Assembly: GCA_947167635.1 (NCBI GenBank)
Contig: CAMVIT010000003.1
Coordinates: 26,299 to 90,298 of the forward strand
Source: an uncultured Bacteroidales bacterium
Lineage (GTDB): Bacteria; Bacteroidota; Bacteroidia; Bacteroidales; WCHB1-69
Direction: 5' to 3'
DNA: 64,000 nt
Every line of letters begins with the position of its first letter. Position 1 is the first letter of the stretch. This document shows positions 45,320 through 55,041 of this stretch, one piece after another. The notes beneath the pieces are model-generated. The model did not search any database, was not told the DNA's origin, and worked only from the letters and a program-made list of their open reading frames with translations. The position numbers were made by a program, and so were the translations under genes.

Positions 45320-47212
45320 TCACCCCTCTTTTTCGGACAGTTCCATCCACCGTTCGGTCTTTTCGTCTAACAGCTGGTTGAGTTCATTGTAGCGCTTGCC
45401 CCACTCGGCGAAGTCTTCGGGCGTGCCTTGCCCTAAGGCCATTTTGCCCTCGATGTCACTTTTCTCCTTTTCCAAGTCTGAAATTTCTTGTTCCAACTGC
45501 TCTAATTCGCGTTGTTCTTTGTAGGAAAGTTTTTTCTTGGTTTCTTCTCTTTGCGGACGATTTTCCACAGCAGGGCGCAATGCCTTCTCGATTTTCTTCT
45601 GTATCCGCAACTCCTTGTCCTTGGCCTGCCGGTATTCGGTGTAGTTGCCGTAGTAGTCCTTGATTTTCCCGTCACCCTCGAACACGAAGATGTGATCGAC
45701 CAGCTTGTTCATGAGCCACCGGTCGTGGGAGACGATGATGAGGCAGCCGCCGAAATTGAGCAGGAAGTCCTCCAATAGGTTCAGCGTGTCGATGTCGAAG
45801 TCGTTGGTCGGCTCGTCAAGGATGAGGAAATTAGGATTTTTTAACAGGGTAATGAGCAGGTGGAGCTTGCGTTTCTCGCCGCCGCTGAGGTCCTCGTAGT
45901 AGGTGTACTGCTGGCTGAAGGGGAATCCGAAGTGGTTGAGGAACTGCGAGGCGCTGATATAGTTGCCGTTGTCCATGCGGATGACCTCGGCGTGTTCCTT
46001 GACGAGTTCGAGGACGATTTTGTTGCCGGCATAGATCATGCCATCCTGCGAAAAATAACCGAACTTGATGGTGAGTCCCGGGGTGATTTTGCCTCCGTCG
46101 GGGCGCACCTCGCCCATGATCATCTTGAGAAAGGTGCTTTTGCCGGTGCCGTTTTTGCCCACGATGCCGCACTTCTCGCCTCTTTTGAAGATGTAGGAAA
46201 AGTCCTTGATGATGGTCTGGTCGGGATAGGAAAAGTCGAGATGGCTGATCTCCAGTATTTTGTGTCCAATACGCTCTGACTGCACCTTGAACGCTTCGGG
46301 GGCTTGTTCCACTTTGCGGTCCATCTGCTCCTGCAGCTTCTCGAACTGGTTGATGCGGGCGCGCGCCTTGGAGGTGCGGGCCTGTGGGGAGGTGTGTACC
46401 CACTCGAGCTCGCGGCGGTAGAGATTGCGCAGGCGGTCGTGCTCGGCAGCCTCGTTGGCGAGGCGTTCGGCCTTTTTCTCGACAAAATAGTCGTACTTGC
46501 CGCGATAATGGTACAGCGAGCCGTTGCTCAGCTCGAAGATATCGCTGCAGACACGGTCGAGAAAGGAACGGTCGTGGGTCACCATCAGAAGGGTGATGTT
46601 GGCGGAGGAGAGGTAGTTCTCTAACCACTCGATCATCTCGACATCCAGATGGTTGGTGGGCTCGTCAAGGATGAGCAGGTCGGTGTCGGCAATGAGTGTC
46701 TTGGCGAGGGCGGCCTTCTTGCGCTGCCCGCCGGAGAGCTGGTTGACGTTCTTGAAGATGTCGTGGATGCCGAACTTGGAGAGTATCTCCTTGATGCGGG
46801 CTTCGTAGTCCCAGGCGTTGAGGCGGTCGATTTCGAGGATGGCGTTGTCCATCCGCTCCTGGGGCACCTTGTCGGTCATTCCCTGTTCGAGGAGTGTGAC
46901 GCAGCTTTCGTACTCCTTGATGGCGCGCACCACGGGAGTCTCCTCGTCAAAGAGGGCGTTCAGCACCGAGTCGTCGCCGTTGAAGCTGTCCATCTGGGGC
47001 AAATAGGAGACGACAATGTCGTTGCGGATGACGACCTCGCCCTCGTCGGGCACTTCGCGTCCGGCAATAATGTTGAGGAGCGTGCTCTTGCCCGTGCCAT
47101 TGCGGGCGATGAGCGCACTCTTCTGTCCCTTTTCCAACCCGAAGGTGATGTTACGGAACAGGAGCTTCTCCCCAACCGTTTTGGAGAGATTGTTGACGGC
47201 GAGATAGTTCAT
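45320..47212 (-). CDS. ABC-F family ATPase (tandem ABC domains, no TM domain, C-terminal coiled coil)
   Basis: 630 aa. Two Walker A motifs ('ARNGTGKST', 'GKNGTGKST'), two signatures ('LSGGQRKK', 'LSGGEKRK'), two 'LILDEPTN' motifs, and a K/E-rich C-terminal tail. Confidence 0.92.
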   Translation of the reverse strand: MNYLAVNNLSKTVGEKLLFRNITFGLEKGQKSALIARNGTGKSTLLNIIAGREVPDEGEVVIRNDIVVSYLPQMDSFNGDDSVLNALFDEETPVVRAIKEYESCVTLLEQGMTDKVPQERMDNAILEIDRLNAWDYEARIKEILSKFGIHDIFKNVNQLSGGQRKKAALAKTLIADTDLLILDEPTNHLDVEMIEWLENYLSSANITLLMVTHDRSFLDRVCSDIFELSNGSLYHYRGKYDYFVEKKAERLANEAAEHDRLRNLYRRELEWVHTSPQARTSKARARINQFEKLQEQMDRKVEQAPEAFKVQSERIGHKILEISHLDFSYPDQTIIKDFSYIFKRGEKCGIVGKNGTGKSTFLKMIMGEVRPDGGKITPGLTIKFGYFSQDGMIYAGNKIVLELVKEHAEVIRMDNGNYISASQFLNHFGFPFSQQYTYYEDLSGGEKRKLHLLITLLKNPNFLILDEPTNDFDIDTLNLLEDFLLNFGGCLIIVSHDRWLMNKLVDHIFVFEGDGKIKDYYGNYTEYRQAKDKELRIQKKIEKALRPAVENRPQREETKKKLSYKEQRELEQLEQEISDLEKEKSDIEGKMALGQGTPEDFAEWGKRYNELNQLLDEKTERWMELSEKEG

Positions 47213-47214
47213 TG

Positions 47215-47280
47215 GCTGTTGGCGATTAGCTGTTGGCGATTAGCTCGAACGGCTAATGGCCATTGGCTAATAGCTAATAA
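47215..47280. repeat. perfect 14-bp tandem duplication (GCTGTTGGCGATTA x2) forming one arm of a ~66-nt imperfect palindrome
   Basis: 47215-47228 equals 47229-47242. The reverse complement of 47229-47244 matches 47252-47267 at 12/16. Fills the whole ridA-stop to ABC-F-start spacer. Confidence 0.85.
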
Positions 47281-47655
47281 CTACTTCACCGCGATGGATT
47301 CGATCTCCACCATGACTCCTTTGGGGAGGTCGCGGACGGCGAAGGCGGCGCGGGCGGGCGGGTTGGAGGTGAAGTATTGGGCATAAACCTCGTTCATCGC
47401 GCCGAAGTTGGCGATGTCGCTCAGCAGGCAGGTGGTCTTGACCACATTGTCGAAGGTGTAGCCGGCCTCGTCAAGGATGGCGGCGATGTTCTTCATCACC
47501 TGCTCGGTCTGCGCGGTGATGCCTTCAGGAACGATGCCGGTGGCGGGGTCAACGGGAATCTGACCGGAGATGAACAACATGCCGTTGGCTTCGATGGCTT
47601 GGCTGTAAGGGCCGATGGCGGCGGGGGCGTTTTCGGTGTGGATAACTTTCTTCAT
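47281..47655 (-). CDS. ridA: RidA-family reactive-intermediate (enamine/imine) deaminase
   Basis: 124 aa. 'APAAIGPYSQA', 'FISGQIPVDP', 'PARAAFAVRDLPKGVMVEIE'. Confidence 0.92.
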   Translation of the reverse strand: MKKVIHTENAPAAIGPYSQAIEANGMLFISGQIPVDPATGIVPEGITAQTEQVMKNIAAILDEAGYTFDNVVKTTCLLSDIANFGAMNEVYAQYFTSNPPARAAFAVRDLPKGVMVEIESIAVK

Positions 47656-47662
47656 AATATAA

Positions 47663-49258
<1,596 letters not shown>

Positions 49259-49299
49259 CACACCTCATTTTTATTAGAAAATCTAAAAATCCCATCACT

Positions 49300-50151
49300 A
49301 TGAAAAATATAATCGTCGGTATCGACTTTTCCAACAGCGCCATGACCGCCATGCGCCATGCCGTGGCCATCGCCATCCGTTCCAAAGCCGCCCTGCACCT
49401 CGTCTGGGTGAAAACCCCGGGAGCTTCCAACATCGGCATCGAGACAGAGGAGGAGGGGAAAAGCTATATGAGCCATATCCAGGAGAGAATGCAACAATGG
49501 GCCGCCTTGTGCAAAGAAGAGGCCCCCGAATGCACGGTGAACAGCGTCTATCTGGGAGGCAAACCTCATGTGGAGGTGAACGCATACGCCGCCAAGTTTC
49601 CTGAATCCATCATCGTTATCGGCGCCCATGGCGCCTCCGGCTTCGAAGAAGGCTATATCGGCAACAACGCCTACCGTATGATCAACGGATCCTCTGTGCC
49701 CGTGCTCATCATGCGCGAAAACATCCAGATCAACCGCGACCTCACGAAAATCTTCGTGCCCATCGACATCAGCTTCGAGACCTTGCAGAAGATGAAACTG
49801 TCCATCTACCTGGCCAAGATCTTTGCCGCCCAGGTCTATCTCTTCGGTGTCATCTACCCCAACAGCGCCGAGACGCGCCATGTCATCAACGTGCAGCTGC
49901 GCAACGCCATGGAGATGTGCGACGACGCCAACGTCCGCAATGTCGCCGAAGCCCACACTGTCAGCAACAACGATGTGTGCAGCACCATCCTTAAATCCGC
50001 AAAGGAACTCGACGCCAACCTGATCACCATCATGCGTGAGGAGCAGGAGACCGACTTCACCGCCTCCCGCAACATGCGTCAGATCCTGAGCACCTCGTCC
50101 ATGCCGCTGCTCGTCATCCCCAACCGGAACACTTTCTCCGCTGCACGCTAA
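49300..50151 (+). CDS. universal stress protein (tandem Usp domains)
   Basis: 283 aa. 'IIVGIDFSNSAMTAMRHAV', 'IVIGAHGASGFEEGYIGNNAYRMINGSSVPVLIM', and a second degenerate Usp half. Confidence 0.85.
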   Translation: MKNIIVGIDFSNSAMTAMRHAVAIAIRSKAALHLVWVKTPGASNIGIETEEEGKSYMSHIQERMQQWAALCKEEAPECTVNSVYLGGKPHVEVNAYAAKFPESIIVIGAHGASGFEEGYIGNNAYRMINGSSVPVLIMRENIQINRDLTKIFVPIDISFETLQKMKLSIYLAKIFAAQVYLFGVIYPNSAETRHVINVQLRNAMEMCDDANVRNVAEAHTVSNNDVCSTILKSAKELDANLITIMREEQETDFTASRNMRQILSTSSMPLLVIPNRNTFSAAR

Positions 50152-50188
50152 CAGAATCCCCTTTCGTCAAGAAAGGTTTTTGAAAAAT

Positions 50189-50767
50189 ATGATGAAAAAA
50201 AACGGCAAGCGTGTGATGCGCGCAGGCAACATGCTCAATCCGGAGCCTGCCGTGATGGTCAGCTGTGGTGAATCCATCGGCGAATATAATATTATAACTA
50301 TCGGTTGGACCGGAACCATCTGTTCCGATCCACCGATGTGTTATGTTTCCATCCGTCCCGAGCGCCATTCGTACGATATCATCAAAAGAACGGGTGAGTT
50401 TGTCATCAACTTGGTGAGCCGTGACCTGACGACCGCCGCCGACTGGTGCGGTGTGCGCTCAGGTGCCAAGTTCAACAAATTCCTGGAAACCGGCCTCACA
50501 CCCGTGCGCGCCACCCAGGTCAAGGCACCGCTCATCCACGAGGCCCCCGTCAATCTCGAATGCCGCGTCAAACAGGTAATACCCCTCGGCTCCCACGACA
50601 TGTTCATCGCCGACATCCTCGCCGTTCACGCCGCCGAGAAGCTCTTCAACCCCAAAACCGATGCCATTGAGTTGTGGCGCGCCCATCTTGTGGCCTACTC
50701 ACACGGCCACTACTATGAACTTGGCAAGATCCTCGGCAAGTTCGGATTTTCTGTCGAAAAGAAATAG
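50189..50767 (+). CDS. flavin reductase-family protein
   Basis: ORF 50180 starts with TTG; ATG 50189 is used. 'NPEPAVMVSCGE...NIITIGWTGTICSDPPM..VSIRPERHSYDII' and 'FVINL' fit the Flavin_Reduct pattern. Confidence 0.8.
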   Translation: MMKKNGKRVMRAGNMLNPEPAVMVSCGESIGEYNIITIGWTGTICSDPPMCYVSIRPERHSYDIIKRTGEFVINLVSRDLTTAADWCGVRSGAKFNKFLETGLTPVRATQVKAPLIHEAPVNLECRVKQVIPLGSHDMFIADILAVHAAEKLFNPKTDAIELWRAHLVAYSHGHYYELGKILGKFGFSVEKK

Positions 50768-50926
50768 ATTCAACCTCGGTTTTTACATTGCTTTTTTTCG
50801 GGATTTTCAAAAATCCTCCGAAATTCTTCACCCTTTTTTCTGAAAAAAATGAAGATGTTGTTGTAATATATTGATATTCAATAAGAAAAAATTTTTATAA
50901 ACACGACGTTCATAAAAAACAAATTG

Positions 50927-50934
50927 TATTTTTG
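50927..50934 (+). promoter_or_regulatory. -7 box TATTTTTG (TATTTTTGCGGT) upstream of the ABC/GntR operon
   Basis: 40 nt before ATG 50975. Confidence 0.55.
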
Positions 50935-50974
50935 CGGTGTCTTACTTTACTAATACACCAAAACAATTATAACA

Positions 50975-51838
50975 ATGATACAGTTAGAAAACATCGGGTT
51001 CGAATACAACAAGAAAAAAATGAAGAACCCGTCCAACCAAAGGTTCGGTCTTTTCAACGACTTGAGTCTAACCGTGGAGCCGGGGCATATTTATGGCCTG
51101 TTGGGCAAGAACGGTGCCGGCAAGACCACTTTGTTGAAGATTATGACGGGGTTGCTCTTCCCCCATGCGGGCAAGGCCACCATTTTGAGCGAGAACGCCT
51201 CCCTGCGCAAGGCCGAAGCGCTCCAGAACCTCTATTTCCTTCAGGAGGAGATGTACGTGCCCCATCTCACCATTGCCAATTTCGAGAAGGCCTACGCACC
51301 CTTCTATCCCGAGTTCAGTCACGAGCAGTTCGAGTATTTTCTCAACGAGTTCGAGATGGTTGGGCTGTCGAACTATTTGGACAAGCTTTCGCATGGACAG
51401 AAAAAGAAAGCTCTGATTGCCTTCGCGTTGGCCACCAACACCCAGATTCTCATCATGGATGAGCCCACCAACGGTTTGGACATTCCGTCCAAGAGCGTTT
51501 TCCGCAGATTGATGGCCTCCTCCATCGACGAGCGGCGCTTGGTCATCATCTCCACGCACCAGGTGCGCGACCTGCACAGCCTCATCGACGTGGTGACCAT
51601 CCTTGACGCGGGACACATTCTGCTCAATGCCTCCACCTTCGAGATCACCGACAAGTTGTTGTTCGACGTGGACAACACCAAGAGTGCCGACGGCAAGGTA
51701 TTCTACACGGAGGAGACCCCGCGCGGCAATTATCAAGTGAAGGAGAATGTCAACCACACTGATTCCAACCTCGATTTGGAGTTGCTATTCAACGCTGCCA
51801 TTACAAACAAAAACGAGATTTCCAACCTTTTTAAATAA
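50975..51838 (+). CDS. ABC transporter ATP-binding protein (YtrB-like)
   Basis: 287 aa. Walker A 'GKNGAGKTT', signature 'LSHGQKKK', Walker B 'ILIMDEPT'. Confidence 0.9.
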   Translation: MIQLENIGFEYNKKKMKNPSNQRFGLFNDLSLTVEPGHIYGLLGKNGAGKTTLLKIMTGLLFPHAGKATILSENASLRKAEALQNLYFLQEEMYVPHLTIANFEKAYAPFYPEFSHEQFEYFLNEFEMVGLSNYLDKLSHGQKKKALIAFALATNTQILIMDEPTNGLDIPSKSVFRRLMASSIDERRLVIISTHQVRDLHSLIDVVTILDAGHILLNASTFEITDKLLFDVDNTKSADGKVFYTEETPRGNYQVKENVNHTDSNLDLELLFNAAITNKNEISNLFK

Positions 51839-51846
51839 ACAGCATT

Positions 51847-52068
51847 ATGAAAAAATACACGAATAAGATTTTGATTATCACATTGATAACAGCAGCTGTG
51901 CTGATGGTTGTCGTTGGCACGGTGGAAATCAGAAAGGCATATCACAACGGCCAGATAAAAAAGTCCGAGGAAATTATGAAACAACCTCGAGAGACGGGCA
52001 GTCAGAGAATCATTATTGAAGCGGACACCGTAATGGTGGTGAATGCCGAAACGGAAACCGATGAATAA
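51847..52068 (+). CDS. small single-pass membrane protein, unknown function
   Basis: 73-aa ORF with one TM helix (ILIITLITAAVLMVVVG), tightly packed between operon genes. No other support. Confidence 0.45.
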   Translation: MKKYTNKILIITLITAAVLMVVVGTVEIRKAYHNGQIKKSEEIMKQPRETGSQRIIIEADTVMVVNAETETDE

Positions 52069-52086
52069 CCTTAAAAATCTGCAATT

Positions 52087-52818
52087 ATGAATATCAAGAA
52101 TATAACAAACCTTTTGAAGACCTATTTTATTGAAAATTGGAAAACGGATCTGTTCCAATTCGGCATATTGGCCGCTATAGTGTTGTTTTCTATCATCATG
52201 AATGGCAGAGCCAGCAATTTGAACTTTCCTATATTTGTTTCGATGATATTTCTGATGATTTATCCCGAGCGTTTGTTTCGCAATCTGCACGGCAACTCCC
52301 CAAAAATCCATTATCTCTCTATTCCAGCTTCAAACAGCGAGAAGGTGGTCGCCAACATGTTTTTGGCCAACATTTATTACGTGGCAGGACTGGTGATTTC
52401 CTGTACTTTGGGTCTATTGTTGGCACATCTGTATTTGAAAGTGCGCGGATTTGACGGCGTGAGCTTTTACAATATGTATGATGGCAATTGGGCTGGAATA
52501 TTGATGATTTACGCTTCCTTGGCCATGTTCTTTTTCGGGAGCATCTATTTCCGCAGAAGAACCACGCTTTCCACTGTCGGAGTAGGCATGTTGATCAGCA
52601 TGGTTTTCTCCCTATTGGTTACGTTGACGCTTTGGGTGAACGGTTTGATGCTGATTCCAAAGGACGCTGCCTTCCACGATTATATCTGGAGTTTTAATTC
52701 CTCAATCATTCCCTTATCGGACACGATGGAAAAGGCGATGGTGTATGTGGGGTTATCCGTGAGCATTATCTATTTTTACGTGCTCAGTTTTTTGAGAATG
52801 AAAGAAACGGAGGCCTAA
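52087..52818 (+). CDS. polytopic membrane protein (putative permease partner of the upstream ABC ATPase)
   Basis: 243 aa with ~6 hydrophobic segments, in operon context. No motif recognised. Confidence 0.65.
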   Translation: MNIKNITNLLKTYFIENWKTDLFQFGILAAIVLFSIIMNGRASNLNFPIFVSMIFLMIYPERLFRNLHGNSPKIHYLSIPASNSEKVVANMFLANIYYVAGLVISCTLGLLLAHLYLKVRGFDGVSFYNMYDGNWAGILMIYASLAMFFFGSIYFRRRTTLSTVGVGMLISMVFSLLVTLTLWVNGLMLIPKDAAFHDYIWSFNSSIIPLSDTMEKAMVYVGLSVSIIYFYVLSFLRMKETEA

Positions 52819-52819
52819 G

Positions 52820-53176
52820 ATGGGTATAGATTTCAGCAGTCAACAGACCATTTACATGCAGATTGTCGATTGGGTTTTCGACCAGGTGCTCACAGGTGCC
52901 TGGAAGTCTGGTGACAAAGCCAAATCGGTGCGCGAGTTGGCCGTGCAGTTCGAGGTGAACCCCAACACGGTGATGCGCTCTTACGACTATCTGCAAACCA
53001 AGGAGATTTTTATTAATAGACGTGGCGTGGGATCCTTCATCGCTGAGGATGCCGTCGATAAAATCATAGCCATCAGAAAAAAACGGTTTTTAGAGGTGGA
53101 GGTCCCCGCGTTTATTAAAAACATGAAATTGCTCCATTTGGATTCGGAAGAAGTTATTAATCTTATTAAACAATAA
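52820..53176 (+). CDS. GntR-family transcriptional regulator (short YtrA-type)
   Basis: 118 aa. 'IYMQIVDWVFDQVLTGAWKSGDKAKSVRELAVQFEVNPNTVMRSYDYLQ...RRGVGSFI' is a winged HTH of GntR type. Starts 1 nt after the upstream stop. Confidence 0.88.
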   Translation: MGIDFSSQQTIYMQIVDWVFDQVLTGAWKSGDKAKSVRELAVQFEVNPNTVMRSYDYLQTKEIFINRRGVGSFIAEDAVDKIIAIRKKRFLEVEVPAFIKNMKLLHLDSEEVINLIKQ

Positions 53177-53188
53177 AAACATAAAACA

Positions 53189-54994
53189 ATGAATGATTCA
53201 AATGTAAAAACAAAAAAGCCCGAAACCCGATCCCGCAAGTTCTGGCGTATCGTGTTTGGTTCCATGTTGGGATTCTTTTTCTCAACCATACTGGTTTCCT
53301 GTCTCTATTTCTTCATGATGATAGGGATGATTGCCGGCATCGCAAAATCCGCGGACGACACGACTGTTGTGAAGGACAACAGCATTTTGAAAATCGATTT
53401 CAGCCAACCCATACAGGAACGTGCCATGGATATGCCGTTCGGCGACATGTACGGATACGCTTCGCCGATAGGACTGGACAAGATCCTGTCTGCCATCAAG
53501 TCTGCCGCCACCGACCCGAAAATCAAGGGCATCTATCTGGCCTCTGCCAATGTCGCGGCCTCTCCCGCCACAACGAAGGAGATTCATGATGCTTTGCTCG
53601 ATTTCAAAAAGAGCGGCAAGTTCATCTATGCCTACGCCGACTCTTACTCCCAGAACGGCTATTACATCGCCTCTGTCGCCGACAAGGTGATGATGAACCC
53701 CACGGGCAACATGCTGCTCAAGGGCTATGCCACCCAAGTGATGTTTTACAAGGGTCTGCTCGACAAGCTCGACATCGACGTGCAGGTAATCCGGCACGGC
53801 CAATTCAAAAGTGCAGTGGAACCTTATATCCTTGACAAGATGAGTGAGGCCAACACCAAGCAGATGACCGCATTGGTCAGCTCCTTGTGGGACAACTATT
53901 CCGGAGATGTCTCCAAGTCCCGTAAAATCCCTGTGGAAGAGCTGAACCGTATTGCGGACAACCTGCTTGCCTTTTCTCCCGACTCTGCCGTGAAACTCAA
54001 ACTTATCGACCAGTTGGTCTATGCCGATGAGGTCGAGAAGATGCTCAAGAGCAAGACAGGCGTTTCCGGGGATGGCAAGCTCAACCTTGTCTCTGTCGGC
54101 AAGTATGCCAAGTCTGTTCGCGACGACAGCAAAGCCAAAAACAAGATTGCCGTGGTCTATGCTGTAGGTGAAATCAGCGATGGGAAAGGGGATTCCGAAA
54201 GAGGTATCTTCTCCGACACTTTTATCAAGGATTTCCGCAAGGCTTATCAAGACAAAGATGTGAAAGCCATCGTGTTGCGTGTCAACTCGCCGGGCGGCAG
54301 CGCGCTCGCCTCCGAGGTGATCTGGCACGAGATCGAGCAGGCCAAGAGAGCCGGCAAGAAGGTGGTCACCTCCATGGGCGACTATGCCGCTTCCGGTGGT
54401 TACTACATCTCCTGCAATTCCGACTATATCTTTGCACAACCCAACACCTTGACGGGTTCCATCGGTGTGTTCGGCATGATTCCTTCCGTGCAGAAGGCTC
54501 TGAAGAACAAATTGGGTATCACCGTCGATGGTGTGGGATCCAATGAACATGCCGGCTTCCTTGGCAGCATCTCCAGCCCGTTAGATCCCATGGAACTCAA
54601 CGTGATGCAGCAGATGGTGGAGGAGACCTACGGACTCTTCACCCAGCGTGTGGCCAACGGCCGCAAGATGACGGTCGCCGCCGTCGATAGCATTGGCCAA
54701 GGACGTGTCTGGTCCGGCAAGGACGCCATCGGCATCGGCTTGGTCGATGAGTTGGGCTCTTTGGACGATGCCATCGCCAAAGCCGCCAAGTTAGCCAACG
54801 TTTCCGACTATAAGATTGCCTACTATCCGCACCAGAAGTCTTTCTTCGAAATGCTCTTCAACAAAGAGGATGAAGCCGACCAGATGATTCATGCCAAGCT
54901 CGGTGATCTGTATGATCTGTATCAAGGAGTGCAAACCATCCTTCATGCGACAGGCGTACAAGCCCGTATGCCCATGGAATTGTATATCCAATAG
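53189..54994 (+). CDS. sppA: signal peptide peptidase SppA, 67K type (two S49 domains)
   Basis: 601 aa. N-terminal TM segment. 'SMGDYAASGGYYISC' is the Ser nucleophile context. A duplicated ClpP/crotonase-like half is visible. Confidence 0.9.
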   Translation: MNDSNVKTKKPETRSRKFWRIVFGSMLGFFFSTILVSCLYFFMMIGMIAGIAKSADDTTVVKDNSILKIDFSQPIQERAMDMPFGDMYGYASPIGLDKILSAIKSAATDPKIKGIYLASANVAASPATTKEIHDALLDFKKSGKFIYAYADSYSQNGYYIASVADKVMMNPTGNMLLKGYATQVMFYKGLLDKLDIDVQVIRHGQFKSAVEPYILDKMSEANTKQMTALVSSLWDNYSGDVSKSRKIPVEELNRIADNLLAFSPDSAVKLKLIDQLVYADEVEKMLKSKTGVSGDGKLNLVSVGKYAKSVRDDSKAKNKIAVVYAVGEISDGKGDSERGIFSDTFIKDFRKAYQDKDVKAIVLRVNSPGGSALASEVIWHEIEQAKRAGKKVVTSMGDYAASGGYYISCNSDYIFAQPNTLTGSIGVFGMIPSVQKALKNKLGITVDGVGSNEHAGFLGSISSPLDPMELNVMQQMVEETYGLFTQRVANGRKMTVAAVDSIGQGRVWSGKDAIGIGLVDELGSLDDAIAKAAKLANVSDYKIAYYPHQKSFFEMLFNKEDEADQMIHAKLGDLYDLYQGVQTILHATGVQARMPMELYIQ

Positions 54995-55041
54995 GATTGT
55001 TGAATCATTATTCTTATTTTTAACAAATAAAATCTGGAAAA

